64,000 bases of DNA from the human T2T-CHM13v2.0 reference genome, Homo sapiens. Positions 1 to 28,624 of this stretch are shown here, piece by piece. Position 1 is the first letter of the stretch; the number at the start of each line of letters is the position of its first letter. The stretch is from NCBI RefSeq assembly GCF_009914755.1, contig NC_060947.1; one strand, given 5' to 3'. The notes under the pieces were generated by a model. The model had not been told where the DNA came from. It saw only the letters and a list, made by a program, of their open reading frames with translations, and did not search any database. The translations under genes were made by a program, and so were the position numbers.

Positions 1-760
1 TCCTCATGGGTAGCTTTCCCGCATCCCCGTCCGATGTCTCCCTCAGGAGTTTTCTGCATCCTCCGGCCACAACTGAATCGGCAGACCTCGTTCCAAGCCT
101 ATTATACCCCTAACCCCCAAATGACCCCTAAGGCGTCTTCCCCGCCGTTAGTTGCCCCCGCGGTAGCCTCCCTCCCCCCTCCCGCTCGCGCCGCCCGGTC
201 CTCCCTCAGCTGTCTCCCTCACCCCGTGACTCACCCGCATGCGAACCTCATAGGTGGTGAAGCGCGCGCGTCCCACGCCCACCGTCTGAGGATTAAAGAT
301 GTCGATCTCCAGGAAGTTACTTGGCGGCCCGTAAGCGTCGGTCAGGTCCTGCGGCTTCGAGTTAAGGCGCCGGGTATCAGCTACTGCCGTGTCCGACATC
401 TTTCCGAAGGAGAGCCTGGGACCGGGGAAAGGGGGTGGGGGACAGAGGCCTGAGGCAGGAGCGCGCACGGCCCCTCCCGCTTGCAAAATAACTAGCCAAC
501 CCACAGGCGGCGGCGGCGCGCACGCGCGCCCACGCACGCACGCGCACGCCGCACGGGCCTGGGCCCCGGGCTCTGAATAGCGGCCGTGCTGACTGCTGCG
601 CGCCCTGTAGAGTGGAGGCCATATTCAGGCTTCCGGGTGATGTTTGTGGCCACCCGGGAACCTGCATCCCCAATACGCAGTACCCAATACCCTGCCTAGC
701 AGCACAGGCTGGCTCCGCCAATCGCGGCTCCTCAACCCAAGAAATTGTCTCGTACCGTGT
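1..760. promoter_or_regulatory. CpG island / SNX12 promoter
   Basis: High CpG density, with NRF1-like GCGCACGCGC repeats at about 515-550 just upstream of the SNX12 start. Confidence 0.8.
235..399 (-). CDS. SNX12: Sorting nexin-12, coding exon 1 (gene continues beyond window start)
   Basis: ATG at 399 encodes MSDTAVADTRRLNSKPQDLTDAYGPPSNFLEIDIFNPQTVGVGRARFTTYEVRMR, the start of a PX domain of the SNX3/SNX12 type. It is 165 nt long and ends at a GTGAGT donor at 234. Confidence 0.96.
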
Positions 761-1751
761 ATCAATCAACAGTGGGCACTGCCCCGTGAGCCAGGCTCCT
801 ACAGTGATAGGCCGAAGCCCAGTGACCTGAATAAGTCCTGGTTTTCCGCGAAAATAGAAGGGTGGTCTATGGAGGGTGGGGTTCCAACAATAGTACTGAG
901 AACCTATAACGTAGCCGTCCCACCTGTGCCACTGATGGTTTCAGTTCACGCCACACACAATGGCGCACTCAGCACTACGTATGGCGCCAGGAAAGCAGCA
1001 AGCAACTAGGATGGGGTAAAGAAAGACATTTCTCTCTTACTTTTCAGGAAAATTGGGCATATCTTACTCCTTGTTGCCACACTCCAGGTGTACTCAATCT
1101 TACATTTATCAGCAAATTGAGGGTACTTATTTCATACCTTCTATTTCTACTCCGCAGAACTCCATACTTGGCACTGCTCTGAGGTTGCTTGCAACCCATA
1201 ATGGAGATAGAATAAATGTTTACATGAGAATATCTATAGAAATATTAATATTTATATGACTAATTTACATATGCTCCACATTAAAGGGTAGACTGGGTGA
1301 TGATTTCAGGTCATCCTTTCTCCACCTTTCCCCTGCCCTCCTCTACTCAAAAAATATTTCCCATATCACTGATGCCTGAAATTCTTTCAACAGAGTATGA
1401 GGCCCTACAATTTCACAATTGCTGTTTAATTCAATTTAACCAATATCCACTAAGCAAATACGTGCCAAGCACCATGCTAAACACTAAAATCCTGGAGTTA
1501 AATAAGAGTCCCTGCCCTCAAGGAGTTAACATTCTAGCAAGGGAGACAAGTAAACAAAACTAATATAATGCGACAAATACAAAATAAGTAAATGTTCAAA
1601 GCAGCACATAGGAAATGTATAACTGGAAAAATTAGGGGAGGTTCCCCTGGAGGAGGAAACATCTGAGTTTAACAGACATGAAAAGACATAAAGGACAAAT
1701 AGGAGTGGAAATAGGGAAAGGTAATTTCTGGAATAAGAAACAGCATATGCA

Positions 1752-2800
<1,049 letters not shown>

Positions 2801-3434
2801 ACAGAAGATTTGAAAGTTGGTGAGGGCATGCAGTTTTGGTAGGAATGTGAATCAGTACAATCTTTCTGGGAAATAGATTGGCAGTATGTATTTTTTTTTT
2901 AAACTTTGACTTGAAGAAACTTGTAATACTGGTTGTCTCTGGAGAGCAGAACTGGAGAAAAGAAGTCACAGACGGCAGGGAGGGTTGTTTTTCATTAACT
3001 GTGTTTAAGTATAATGCCTTTGTATTTTTTATTTTTAATGTTATTTACCAAAATCTTTAACTCAAAAGTTTTACTTCCAATAATTTATCCTCAGAAAATA
3101 ATCAGATAATCACATAAAGATACCAGTGTAAGGTTCTTGTTTTTAAGAGCAAATAATTGTTCATTTTCTGCAATATTTGTGTAGTCTTTTTTTCTAATTT
3201 GTGAATTTGCTTATATAACAAGTATTATAAAGGGGTAGTGGATTTTATATTTTACAAGGCTTTTTATCTTAGTCACTTCCATCATAAATTTCACTATCTT
3301 GTGTAAATGGCCTAATTTACAGTTCCCCTATCTATCCATTTAAAATAATTTCTTATGCTTGTTGATACAGAATGATGTCCATGAAAAAGTGAAAAAAGCT
3401 GGCAAAAAATATTGTAGTATGATATCACTTGTAT

Positions 3435-3895
3435 TAATGTATATTTTATATATAATAATTAATATAAATAATTATAATTATAAATAATATAATGTAATAT
3501 ATAAATAATATAAACATATAATTATATATAATTAAATATAAATAATTATATATTTATATAATTATTATAGTTTATATTATATATAATTATTATATTTATA
3601 TATTAATTTATATATATATTTATATTTATATATATTATATATAAATATATAATATTTATATATTATATATATAAATATATAATATTTATATATTATATAT
3701 ATAAATATATAATATTTATATATATTATATATAAATATATAATATTTATATATTTATATTTATATATCTATATCATTATATATAATTATTTATATATAAA
3801 TATATTTATATATAAATATATAATATATAGATATATAAATATATATATAAATATATATTTATATATATAAATAATTATTTATATATAATTTTTAA
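3435..3895. repeat. AT-rich low-complexity / (TA)-derived minisatellite
   Basis: Almost exclusively A/T; a 30-bp unit (tatattatatataaatatataatatttata-like) is repeated about 4 times at 3631-3750. Confidence 0.95.
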
Positions 3896-4044
3896 AGTCT
3901 GGAAAGACATGCACCAAAATGTAGCAGCGGTTACCTCTGTGTGGTGGGGTTTCAGTTGGATTTTATATTTTTATAATTTTCTAAAGGATCTGATTTTTTA
4001 ACAATAAACTTACATTTATTTTTTAACCAGAAAATGTAAAACTA

Positions 4045-4572
<528 letters not shown>

Positions 4573-5024
4573 TTAAATAATTACTTAAATGAGAACAGTT
4601 TCAGTAGAGTCCTGGGAGTAGAATCCAGATCATAGTGAATTGAGAATTGAATCAGAGGTAAAGAAGTGGAAACATTTAGTAGAGAATCTTTTGAGAAACT
4701 TGCCTAAGAAAGAAATGTTGTAGCTAGAGAGCCATGCATAGTCAAAGAAGGATTTGTTTTTTAGGATAGGAGAGATTTAAATATGTTTAGCAGCTAGAGG
4801 GACCAATTCCATAGAAAGTTAAATATATAGGTGAGTGACAAGATAAGGCTTAAAATCAAATGGCCCTAGGAGAATTGTGCAAGTTAAATTCACAATGAGG
4901 TGTAAATAAATGATAAATGATCTTTGAGGGAAAATTTTGATAGGGTGAAAAGAAGAGGACAGTAGAGGGTACTGGGCTAATTAAGTCCTTTGCATTAATA
5001 AGGCAATAACAGCTAGCTGGCTTC

Positions 5025-5027
<3 letters not shown>

Positions 5028-5056
<29 letters not shown>
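5028..5056. repeat. (CA)n microsatellite
   Basis: Direct reading. Confidence 0.95.
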
Positions 5057-5059
<3 letters not shown>

Positions 5060-5148
5060 CACCCTTTTTATTTTTCATGGCAGGCACAGAAGTTCAGAGT
5101 TACTAAGTGATGTTGGGTGAAACACAGTTATCCTCTGTACCTCAGTTA

Positions 5149-5149
<1 letters not shown>

Positions 5150-5207
<58 letters not shown>
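5150..5207. repeat. (CA)n microsatellite
   Basis: Direct reading; one TA interruption. Confidence 0.95.
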
Positions 5208-5209
<2 letters not shown>

Positions 5210-6194
5210 GAGTAGCTGAGTCAAATCTCTTGACAAACAGGTGACATCAGAACTTGATGTGCACTTTCCTCTCTATTGCGTTTCCTTGACCACAGTGATT
5301 CTTGGCCAAAAGGAGTCAAGAATGGGGGCGGTGAGAAATGGAGATTTAGGACCTTTAAATTGTATGGAATCTCATTAGTTCATCATCCTGCCCACAGGCA
5401 ATACTGTACCTTAATCAAACAGACACCTATTCATCTTCCTGCCCGTACATTTTTCTCAAAGGACATTTCACAATCTCCGACTCGATGTTATGCAACCATA
5501 CTGAAAAGAACTTCTTTCGATTCTCTCTTCAGGCTGTCCCAAGGAAATGGCAATCAAAAGCCCCTGTAATTTGGGGTGTTTGTGTTCCTGGGAGCAGGAA
5601 GCTGGAACTGCAAGGAGGGAGTAAGAGGGGAGGGTCTGGTTGTAAAAACAGGTAGTAGACTGGTGAAAACAAGAGTAGAGCTCATATCCATACAATCTGT
5701 ATTCCAGGGGATCTGGATTCAGAGCTTAACTGCCTTTCTATGGAGCACCCCATTCCTTTCCACACACACCCATCCAGCTGCCTATTACCATTAGTGATTT
5801 GTTCCCTTCTTGACGTTCATTTCACCTGAGGCCTCCCTGGGGATAGTCTACTTTAAACTAAATCCCTTCTGAAAGTTGTCAGTTGTCTCCCTATGTTGAT
5901 GAAGTGCCCTTTTAACACTCAACCTGCCTACTTAAGTTGGTGATTGTATTTATTTCACAAAAGTATCTCTAAGTCGCCTAGGGGTGAGGGCAATCTGGGA
6001 AAAAGTGGCAGCAGCATAAGTGTGTGAGTGTCTATGCATGTTAATGGGGTTGCTAAAGACCTAACCCATCAGCTGACAAGAGTCTGACCTCCAGCTTCCA
6101 TAGAGGTGTTCATTAATTACATACTTAGTTATCTAGAAACAAGAAGACCTGGAAAGACAATAATGTTGAATTAGCCAGCCTTCTTCCCTTAATA

Positions 6195-6420
6195 AAAGCT
6201 AACATTTATTGAACACTTACTATGTGCCAGGTACTATTTTAAGTGCTTTATATATTTTAACTCAGTTAATCCTCAAAACAATCCTATGACATAGGTGCTA
6301 TTTTTATATCTGTAGTGTACTGATGAGGCATAGATGGATTAAGCAACTTGCCCAAAATAGTGATAAAATCAGGATTTGAACCCAGTCTGGTTTTTGAGCT
6401 CAGGCTTTTAACATGCCTCT
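6195..6420 (-). mobile_element. MIR
   Basis: aacatttattgaacacttactatgtgccagg...aggatttgaacccagtctg, typical antisense MIR text. Confidence 0.7.
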
Positions 6421-7915
6421 CAGAGGAGAATATTTTAGCCCTGTATGTCACCATAAAGAGGAGGGGGGGAAATATTTTAAAAAGGAAGAAAAAGAACAAA
6501 AAAAATGTGATTATGGTGGGAGGGAAATAGAATGACTCTAACAAATGCTGATATAAGCTGCAAATTCCTGCCTAGATGTTGTTCTTCATCTGTTTGGTCT
6601 TTAGTCTGACGCTTCATGTGTTGAATTGTATCTTAACTATGAGAACTTCAAGCCTGTTTAATTTCTGCCCATCCTTCAAAGCCCAGTGCAGGTCCCACCT
6701 CCTCCATAAAGCCTCCATATCCACCCAGTCTACAGTAACCTGTACTTTAAAAATTGTGTTTACACTTATTGTCTGTAGTGTTCATTTGGCTCTGGCTCAC
6801 ATTCTTAGTTAGCCTCCTGTGCATATATGTCTCATCTTACCAACCACATTGTAAACTCCCTAAGGGAGGGTCTAAGACATATTTTTCTTGCATCTTGCAT
6901 CCCTATAATTTCTAGCATGGTGTTTTGTAAATAACAGGCACTCAGTAAATATTCATTGGTTGAGTGGTTAAAAAAGATAAGAGACCGCATCTTGGTTAAC
7001 CTCCACATCATTTAGTGAAGAACTGTGCACTCAATGTGTACTCAATAAACATTAATAATATTACAATCTCATTCAAAAAGCCTTTATGGAGTTTCTACAG
7101 TGTGCAGAGAATGGTGCTGTGGGAGTATGAATGAAATAAAAGACACAGCTTCTACCTTTGAAGAGCTTGGCTTGGTTCTCTTCTTCTTAAAGTCTTCTCT
7201 TACTACTTCAGTGCATGTTATCACCTTTCTCTGAATTTCTGCTGCATTCAAAGTCAAGACCAGTTATCACTCAATTGGTTTGTCTCCCTCGGTTCAATTG
7301 TGAGCCCCTTGAAGGAAATGGACAGCACTGTGCTGGGAACATAATAGAATCACAGAATTGAAAGGGACTTTACAGCTTTCCCTGTCATCAAACTTCCTAC
7401 CCAATGCAAGAATCCCTTTTACAACACCCCTAATGGAGCTCTTATTTAACTCTATGCTTCCAGTATCAGGAATTAACTGAAATAGGAAACACAGCAGGAA
7501 AAGCGTGTTCAGAGGCAAGATAATGAGTTAGATTTTGACTACTTGCAATTTAGTGTCATTGTTAGACAATCAGGCAGAGAAAAACAGCTGAAATTCAAGT
7601 CTCAACCTCAGGAGAGAGGTCAAGGCTGAAGAGAGAGATTTGAGAGTCTTGGACACAGAAGTGGTAGTTGAAACTCTAAGATCAAGTAAGACTGCGAAGG
7701 ACAAGAGAAGAAAAGAGCCAAGAACAAAGTCTCTGAGAATTCCCCTACTTGGAAAGTGACAGGAAAAATCAACAAGGTGGGAGAAGACCTGGAAGGCAAA
7801 GGAAAAATTTTAAGGAGAGGCTGGTCACCAGAGTTAATGGAGGATGATGCAATGAAGTTAAAGAGGATGAGACTGAGAAAAAGTTATTTTATCTGGTGAT
7901 TAAGAAGCCAGACTT

Positions 7916-8225
7916 GCCAGGCGCGGTGGCTCACACCTGTAATCCCAGCACTTTGGGAGGCCGAGGCGGGTGGATCACCTGAGGTCAGGAGTTCAAGACC
8001 AGCCTGACCAACATGGAGAAACCCTGTCTTTACTAAAAATAATAATAAAAAAAAATAGCGAGGTGTGGTGGCGGGCGCCTATAATCCCAGCTACTCAGGC
8101 GGCTGAGGCAGGAGAATCGCTTGAATCCGGGGAGCAGAGGTTGCAATGAGCCGAGATCACACCACTTCACTCCAGCCTGGGCAAAAGAGCGAAACTCCAT
8201 CTCAAAAAAAGAGGAAAAGAAAAGA
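7916..8225 (+). mobile_element. AluS
   Basis: Full Alu with tail. Confidence 0.9.
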
Positions 8226-8629
8226 AACCGGACTTTTGATGACCTATGACCTAGAAGAGAGCAGTTTCAGTGAAGTAGAGTCTATTTTTGCTTGCTCGTT
8301 ACCCCTAACACCTAGCAGAGCACCTGGATTGATACATACTTGTTGAGTAAATGAATGAATGGATTGGTGAACTGTAGGTCCTGCCACAAATATAAATAAG
8401 GTGGTGGAAAAAGGGGAAAAAGTGGACAAGTTGGCCTTTTTCTCTGAAGCAAGAGGAGAATATGGGTGATGATATACAGAAATATTAAGGTGAAAAAGAA
8501 AGAAGTTGAAGTCTATGATTTTACCCCTAAAATATGAAGTAAGTTCATCTGAGAATCTCTTACAGTTTCCATTCTCAGTATGATGGAGTAAATTCTCAAT
8601 AGATAACATCTGTAAACTCTGGACAAAAT

Positions 8630-8686
8630 ACACACACACACACAGATACACACACGCAAGCGCACGCACACACACACATACACACA
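8630..8686. repeat. Imperfect (CA)n/(CG) microsatellite
   Basis: Direct reading. Confidence 0.85.
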
Positions 8687-9285
8687 ACTTGAAGGCTCCA
8701 GAGAGTGAACAAAAGCAGGCAGATTTCAGAAGGCAATTGGAACTTGGAATAAGAGATCAGCATGGGGTGAGTTTCCCATGTTTTATGGCCTCAGCCTGAG
8801 GTCAGGCTGCAATCACTGGCCACATCACTGAAAGTCCATCAGGAAATTCTTATCTTTCTAGCCTGAAGAACCAGAGGACAAAGCCTGGGACAACCACAGT
8901 CTCTGGAAAGTGAGGAGATAGCTAAGAAAGGAGAGATTCTGAGAAAAGGAGCCCTAAATTACCTGTATAAATTCTTCCCCAAGGCATATTCTGAACTATG
9001 CATGCATAGGGCAGTTTCCATCTAAAACTAAAAGAATGGAACTAAGATTTGAGCTGCCACTAACCACAGGCAAGGCAAAGTACAGTTTGAATCTAAACAA
9101 GTTAATTGCCTGCTAAAAGAAACACATCTACCCTCTCGGAGAATATAACAGAATCCAGAATCTCCACAACATAACATACACAATGTCCAGGAACCCCTCT
9201 AAAATTACTCAATACGGTTATCCATATCCATGGGTTCTGCATCTGTGGATTCAACCAACTGCAGATCAAAAATATTCAAAAAACA

Positions 9286-9625
<340 letters not shown>

Positions 9626-9719
9626 CTAAAAATAAAAAATAAAGTATAAAAACTATATAGCATTTACATTGTGTTGGGTATTAATAAGTAATCTAAAGAT
9701 GATTTAAAATATATGAGAG

Positions 9720-10070
<351 letters not shown>

Positions 10071-10559
10071 TAAAATATATGAGAGGATATGTATAGATTA
10101 TATGCAAAAACTACACCATTTTATATAATGGACTTGAGCATCCTCAGATTTTGGTATCCATAAGAGAGTTCCTGGAATCAATCCCCCATGGATACCAAGG
10201 GACAACTGTATGCGAAGAATTAGGAAAATGTGACCCATTCTAAAGGAAAAAGACAATTAATGGAGGCTAACTCAAAGATGAGATTGCTTAATGAGGAGAG
10301 AAAAATACCCTGGTAACAAATGAAAAAATTGAAAACCTCAGCAGAGAAAAAGAAAGTATAGGAAAGAACTAAATGAGAATTCCAGAACTAAAAAATACAG
10401 TATCTGAAATGAAAATTTAAGTGTATGGAATTAATTGCAGAATGAAATATAACAGAGGAGTCAGTGAACTTGAAGATATCATAATCAAAAGTATTCAATC
10501 TCAAGAAGAGAGAGGATTTTTTAAAAATGAACAGAGTCTCAGACAATATCCGAGGTCTA

Positions 10560-10895
<336 letters not shown>

Positions 10896-11449
10896 GCTGA
10901 GAGCCAAAAAATAAACAAAATCTTGAAAGCAGCCAGAGAAGAACAACACTGCATACAATGATTCAAATTACCATGGACTTCTCCTCAGGAACTATGGAGA
11001 CTAGACGGCAGTGGGAAAACATCTTTAAATTGGCGGGAAGAAAATGACTGTCAGTCTAGTATACTATATTCTGTAAAAATATCCTTTAAGAATGAAGGCA
11101 AAATAATGGCATCTTCAGATAAAAGAGAGTCTCTCACATACTTATAAGACCTTATACTTGCTATTCCCTCTGTCTAGAACACATAGTCTCCTCCCCAGTC
11201 CCCTCTGTATCTTTAGCTTGCTAACTCCTACTCATCCTTCACATCTAAGCTTACATGCCACTTTCTCAAGGAAGCCTTCCTGATCCCCCAAGTTCAAATT
11301 AGATCTCTTCTTTTATACGTGTATAGCCCCCCATATTTCCCCATCTTAGCACTTATCGTGCTATATGTAATTGCTTGTTTGATTGCTTGTGAACTCCACT
11401 AAACTATGTGCTCCATGAGGGGAAGCACTTGGGTTTTTTCTTGCTGGTT

Positions 11450-13354
<1,905 letters not shown>

Positions 13355-14657
13355 GAGGGTCTTTCTTTTTTAAAAGTTGAAGATAGAAAGTCTCAGGGTA
13401 GGAAGAAGTCTCTGAGTACACCAAAGCACAAGCACAAGTAAAGCAGGATGGTGTTTAAGCCTCCTTTCTCTTAACTTGTATCTTAATGGCCTGATACCAT
13501 TTATAGATTAACTGAGTGCATGACCTTGTTGAAGGATGCTAAAAGACTGACCCCAGAAAAAGAAGAAAGGGGATCAGCAGTGGAAACTGCCAGAGGCAGA
13601 AGGAGAAAGAGACTAAGCAAAGAGATCAGAGAAAGTAAACATAAAAGAAGAGGAAATGGGAGGGGGAGGGAAAGACCAGAGGATAGGTATACTTATATAC
13701 ATCAGGGCCCATATGAAAAAGAGGAGCTAGTAATGGATTTTTATAACAGGCATAGCTAGCATGTTTTTCATGTTATTTTACTATTGTCTGTATTAAGAGT
13801 GTATGTATTTGTGCCTTTGAGCCTCTCGCTATTCCTCCTTTCAGCCCACATGTGCTGTCATATCTGCCTGATACTGCCAGGGAAGATCAACTGGACTCTA
13901 GACCTGGACATTCTGGAGCCTGCTCTAGGAGCAAATTGCATAACCACATGCCTATCTATGTGAGCTATAGATTTAGCGGGCTATATGGGGCAGTCAGGAA
14001 CCTTCTGGGTGATAAAGGAGATCTCCATGGGGATTCAGAGAGCCCCACAGGCATTTATGGAAAACAAGAAAGTAGATCAGTTCTGAGTCTAAACCCCATT
14101 TATGACACATAACCCGACTAACTGAACAATGCTGGCTCTTAGCCAAGACCATTTTTGTAAGATGTTTATACTCTTCTGTTGATTTTGTGTAATACTTCTG
14201 TCATCCTTGAAGCTTTTAGTGGGCTAGTGGGATGATTGATGGGGGATTTTAGTTTATTAAATGTCAAGTGAGGGTGTTGGAATTAGAAATTAATTTCTAC
14301 ATGATTTGGTTTGAGTATAGTTATTTCCCAGAAAGACAGACATTTTAGCAACCTTGTCCTTTCTATATGATAATGAATCTCTTAACCCATCTTGAGGCCA
14401 GGAACAAGGAGACTTAACCTTAAAAGAAAGGCATGTAATAGGGCCAAGACAAGATCTCAGCATCATCACTTGACCTTTAGAGAGTGGACACGATTGTCTT
14501 GGAGCTTCTGATTATGTAACTTGTAATGTAAAAAAAATTGTGGCTTTAATGACCATTTGCTAGATTATTGCATCATCCAATTTGATAGCCACTAGCCACA
14601 AGTGACCAAATTTAAGTTAAAAATTAAATCTCAGTTGCACTGTCCATATTTCAATAG

Positions 14658-17651
<2,994 letters not shown>

Positions 17652-18992
17652 TTATTATTGCATATTAGGTATAGTTCTTAAGAGGCAATAGGCTCTGCTA
17701 CATAATTAGTGCCAGAAATAACAGCTTGGTATCATTCATGTAAAAAATTTTAATTGTTCTTAGTGACAGTCTCCAAAATTCAATTGGTCAATATAATACC
17801 CCATTCTGCAGCTAATTCATACTGTAAGGCACACTGGGACCCTATAATACCAAAAACCCAAGGTTCCATTGGAGTATTTTGAGACTCTCTTCTTATGCCC
17901 ATGCCACCTGACTGGTAATGGGCTTTGAAAATTGTTCATATCGAAAATCCCTCCTCTGTGGTACAGAACTCAGATCCAAAAGCTGCTTCCTAAGAAAAAT
18001 CTGACTTCACCTGCACCCTGCCTCCATGAGGATATGAGGTAAAGCTCTATGCAGACAACAACTCCGGCCAGGCTTCTCAACTTTCGAGCCAGAATGGTAA
18101 CCCTGTCACCCATCCACCTGTTTATCTGGCTTCCAGAACATATGGATCCTGCCTCAGTCAACAACAGAGCATACCAATACTTCTGATCTTCATCAGAGAA
18201 TAAATGTACTCTGCCTCTGAGTTCGTGTCAAAAGCCTGGCTATGAGAAGAGATATTTATGGATTATATTGTAAGGGAGATTCTATCCATCCACTCCTTTA
18301 CATGGCATTTTAAGTTGTGTCCTCAGATCAAGCTGGAGCCCCAGAAGGTTACAGGCCTGACCCATCTGAGCTCAGCCCTGCAGAAGGGCCTCAATGTTAC
18401 GTCCTTGGCTTTTAGCCAGGGTAGTTACAAGAAAGTAATGTGAAAATCTCTTCTGTGTGTATTATAAAACCGTTACTGAGGACATTGTCCCTTATGTTAA
18501 TCCCACATAAGAAATTTCTTATGGAATTTAGTGCCAGCAATAGACCATTATGTAGCTGTTAAAAATTACAATTATGGAAAACTAAATGTGAAAACCGGTT
18601 TATGATGTGTTCATTGAAAAAAGCAGAACACAAAATGGTATACAGACTCTAATTGCAACCATGTAAAATTATATGTGTCTGTGGATAAGGACTAAAAGCT
18701 GATAGGCAATGATGAAAGTTGTATGAGGGCAATGGGATTATAAGTGTTTTGTTTTTTCAAAAAATTTTGTTTGCTATAATCTTGTCTTTTCAATTTGGGG
18801 GAGGAAGAATTTAGTAACAGGAAAATCTCTGTCTCTCTTGAGGAATTGCTATGCTTCTTTCTTTCTGATAACAAAAATTGTGTAATTGATTGTGTTTCCC
18901 CCTTTCTCCACCCACTGACTACCCAAAAAGGTGAATTTGGTATTCAGTCATCACACCTGAGCTTCCTCTTCCTTTAGAGAAAGGAAGAGGAA

Positions 18993-27137
<8,145 letters not shown>

Positions 27138-27739
27138 TAGGTCTTGAACTGGGATTTGGATGTAGAAAGTTACGGAGATGAAGAAGTAATGGGTAATTAC
27201 CTCTAAGCTGCTGCTTGGAGCTTGGGAGACTGGGTAGATCAGGACTACCATAAGTCAAATTCAGAGATAAGGGTAGCCAGAGGATAGGGGTGCGGGTGCA
27301 GGAACAGATAATGAGTTTGGACCTGTTGAATGAGAAGTGAAGCCGTTGGAGATGTGAACCTGGAGAATATCGGTGTTGAAGGGAAAGCCAGAAGAGCCAG
27401 TGGAGGAAACTGATTGGTAAGTGAGACCTCACTGTCAGTGGGAACTGCATATGGGGGGATGAAGGCGGGTGGAGGGAGGAGGAAGGGGGTGAGGAGGAAC
27501 ACCACCGTGGGCTAACCATTTGTTTATGTTACACAAGCCCCCCACCCAACTCTCCAACGTGCATACATCCTATTTTCTAGTCAGTTCCTTGCTTCTTGCT
27601 TCTTGGTCTCCTGCATCTTTAAGAGAATAATTTTTTCCCTTTTGCCGTCTCCTAAATGAAGGAGGGAAAGGGCTAGCACCTCTCAATCTGGTCACCTACA
27701 CGACTCTGAATCACAAGGGAGACAATGGAAAGGGGGAAA

Positions 27740-28620
27740 GGGCGAAAAACGATTCTTAAGAAAAGAAAGAGTCCGCGACGACTTCTAATAATTAAAGTTC
27801 CACCTCGTTATATCCTGCCACGCCGCTCTCCTGCCGCCGTATCGGGCTCCTGGCCGCGAAGCAGGACGGGAGATGTAGTCCTCAAGAGTGACCAGGGTGG
27901 CACGACTGCAGAACTCGGTTTCCCGACTGGCTTTCGAGGCGCGTGCGCAGATGGCTGCCCCGGCGAGTGGTAAACAGAGACGTCAGGAGGGGGCTGCTGC
28001 TTGGAGCAAAACAAAAGGGAAACCCGGGGGGCGGGGGGTGGGGGGGGTTGATAGGGGAATCGGTGCGGGAATAAGGGAGGCCGCAGCCGCGGGGACCCGG
28101 ACCCTAGTAAGAGTGGCGAGAAGGGAAGAGGCGGGGGAAGGGGGAGTCAGGGGAGGGGCAAGTGACGCGGGGGAGCGGGGCGTGGGGGAGGGCAGCAATC
28201 CGGGTGGAGGAAATTTGGGAGGAGTGTCCGGGGGGCAGCAACTTAAAAGGGGGAGGGAACTGCGGCTAAGGAGACGTTCGGTGATGGGAGCGCAATATAT
28301 GAGGGGATACAGTGCCTCAGGTTTAAAAGAGCAGGAAGCTGAGTGAGAGGTTGCAGAAAAAGTGTCTTCGCTCGGCAGAGGTTACAGGTGGCATCTCAGA
28401 AAGAGCTTTGAGGCTACAGGCTGTAGTCGGGAAGGGGATCGGAGAACTGTGTGAAGGGACAGCTTAGGGACTAGCGTCCTGGGACTAGGGGGAAGTTCGC
28501 GACTTTCTGAAGACTGGCAGGAATGTGCCTCCTGGCCCTCGATGCTTCCCCCCTGAGGGGAGGCATCGTGAGGGACTGTGGCAGGCTTCACTGAACGCTG
28601 AGCCGGGGAGGTCCAACTCC
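27740..28620 (+). promoter_or_regulatory. FOXO4 CpG-island promoter / 5'UTR
   Basis: CpG-rich region with an ACTACAnnTCCC motif (27868-27880, minus strand), NRF1-like GCGCGTGCGCA (about 27939), forkhead GTAAACA (27970-27976), a half-CRE ACGTCA and G-runs at 28025-28230. Confidence 0.75.
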
Positions 28621-28624
28621 ACGT

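Noticed and set aside
400-537. Apparent 46-aa N-terminal extension of SNX12 in the ORF track
   Set aside because: It starts at a non-ATG codon in GC-rich 5'UTR/promoter; the recognised start is the ATG at 399
3631-3750. Regular 30-bp repeat as a CRISPR-like array
   Set aside because: It is a tandem AT minisatellite with no unique spacers, in a mammalian context with no cas genes
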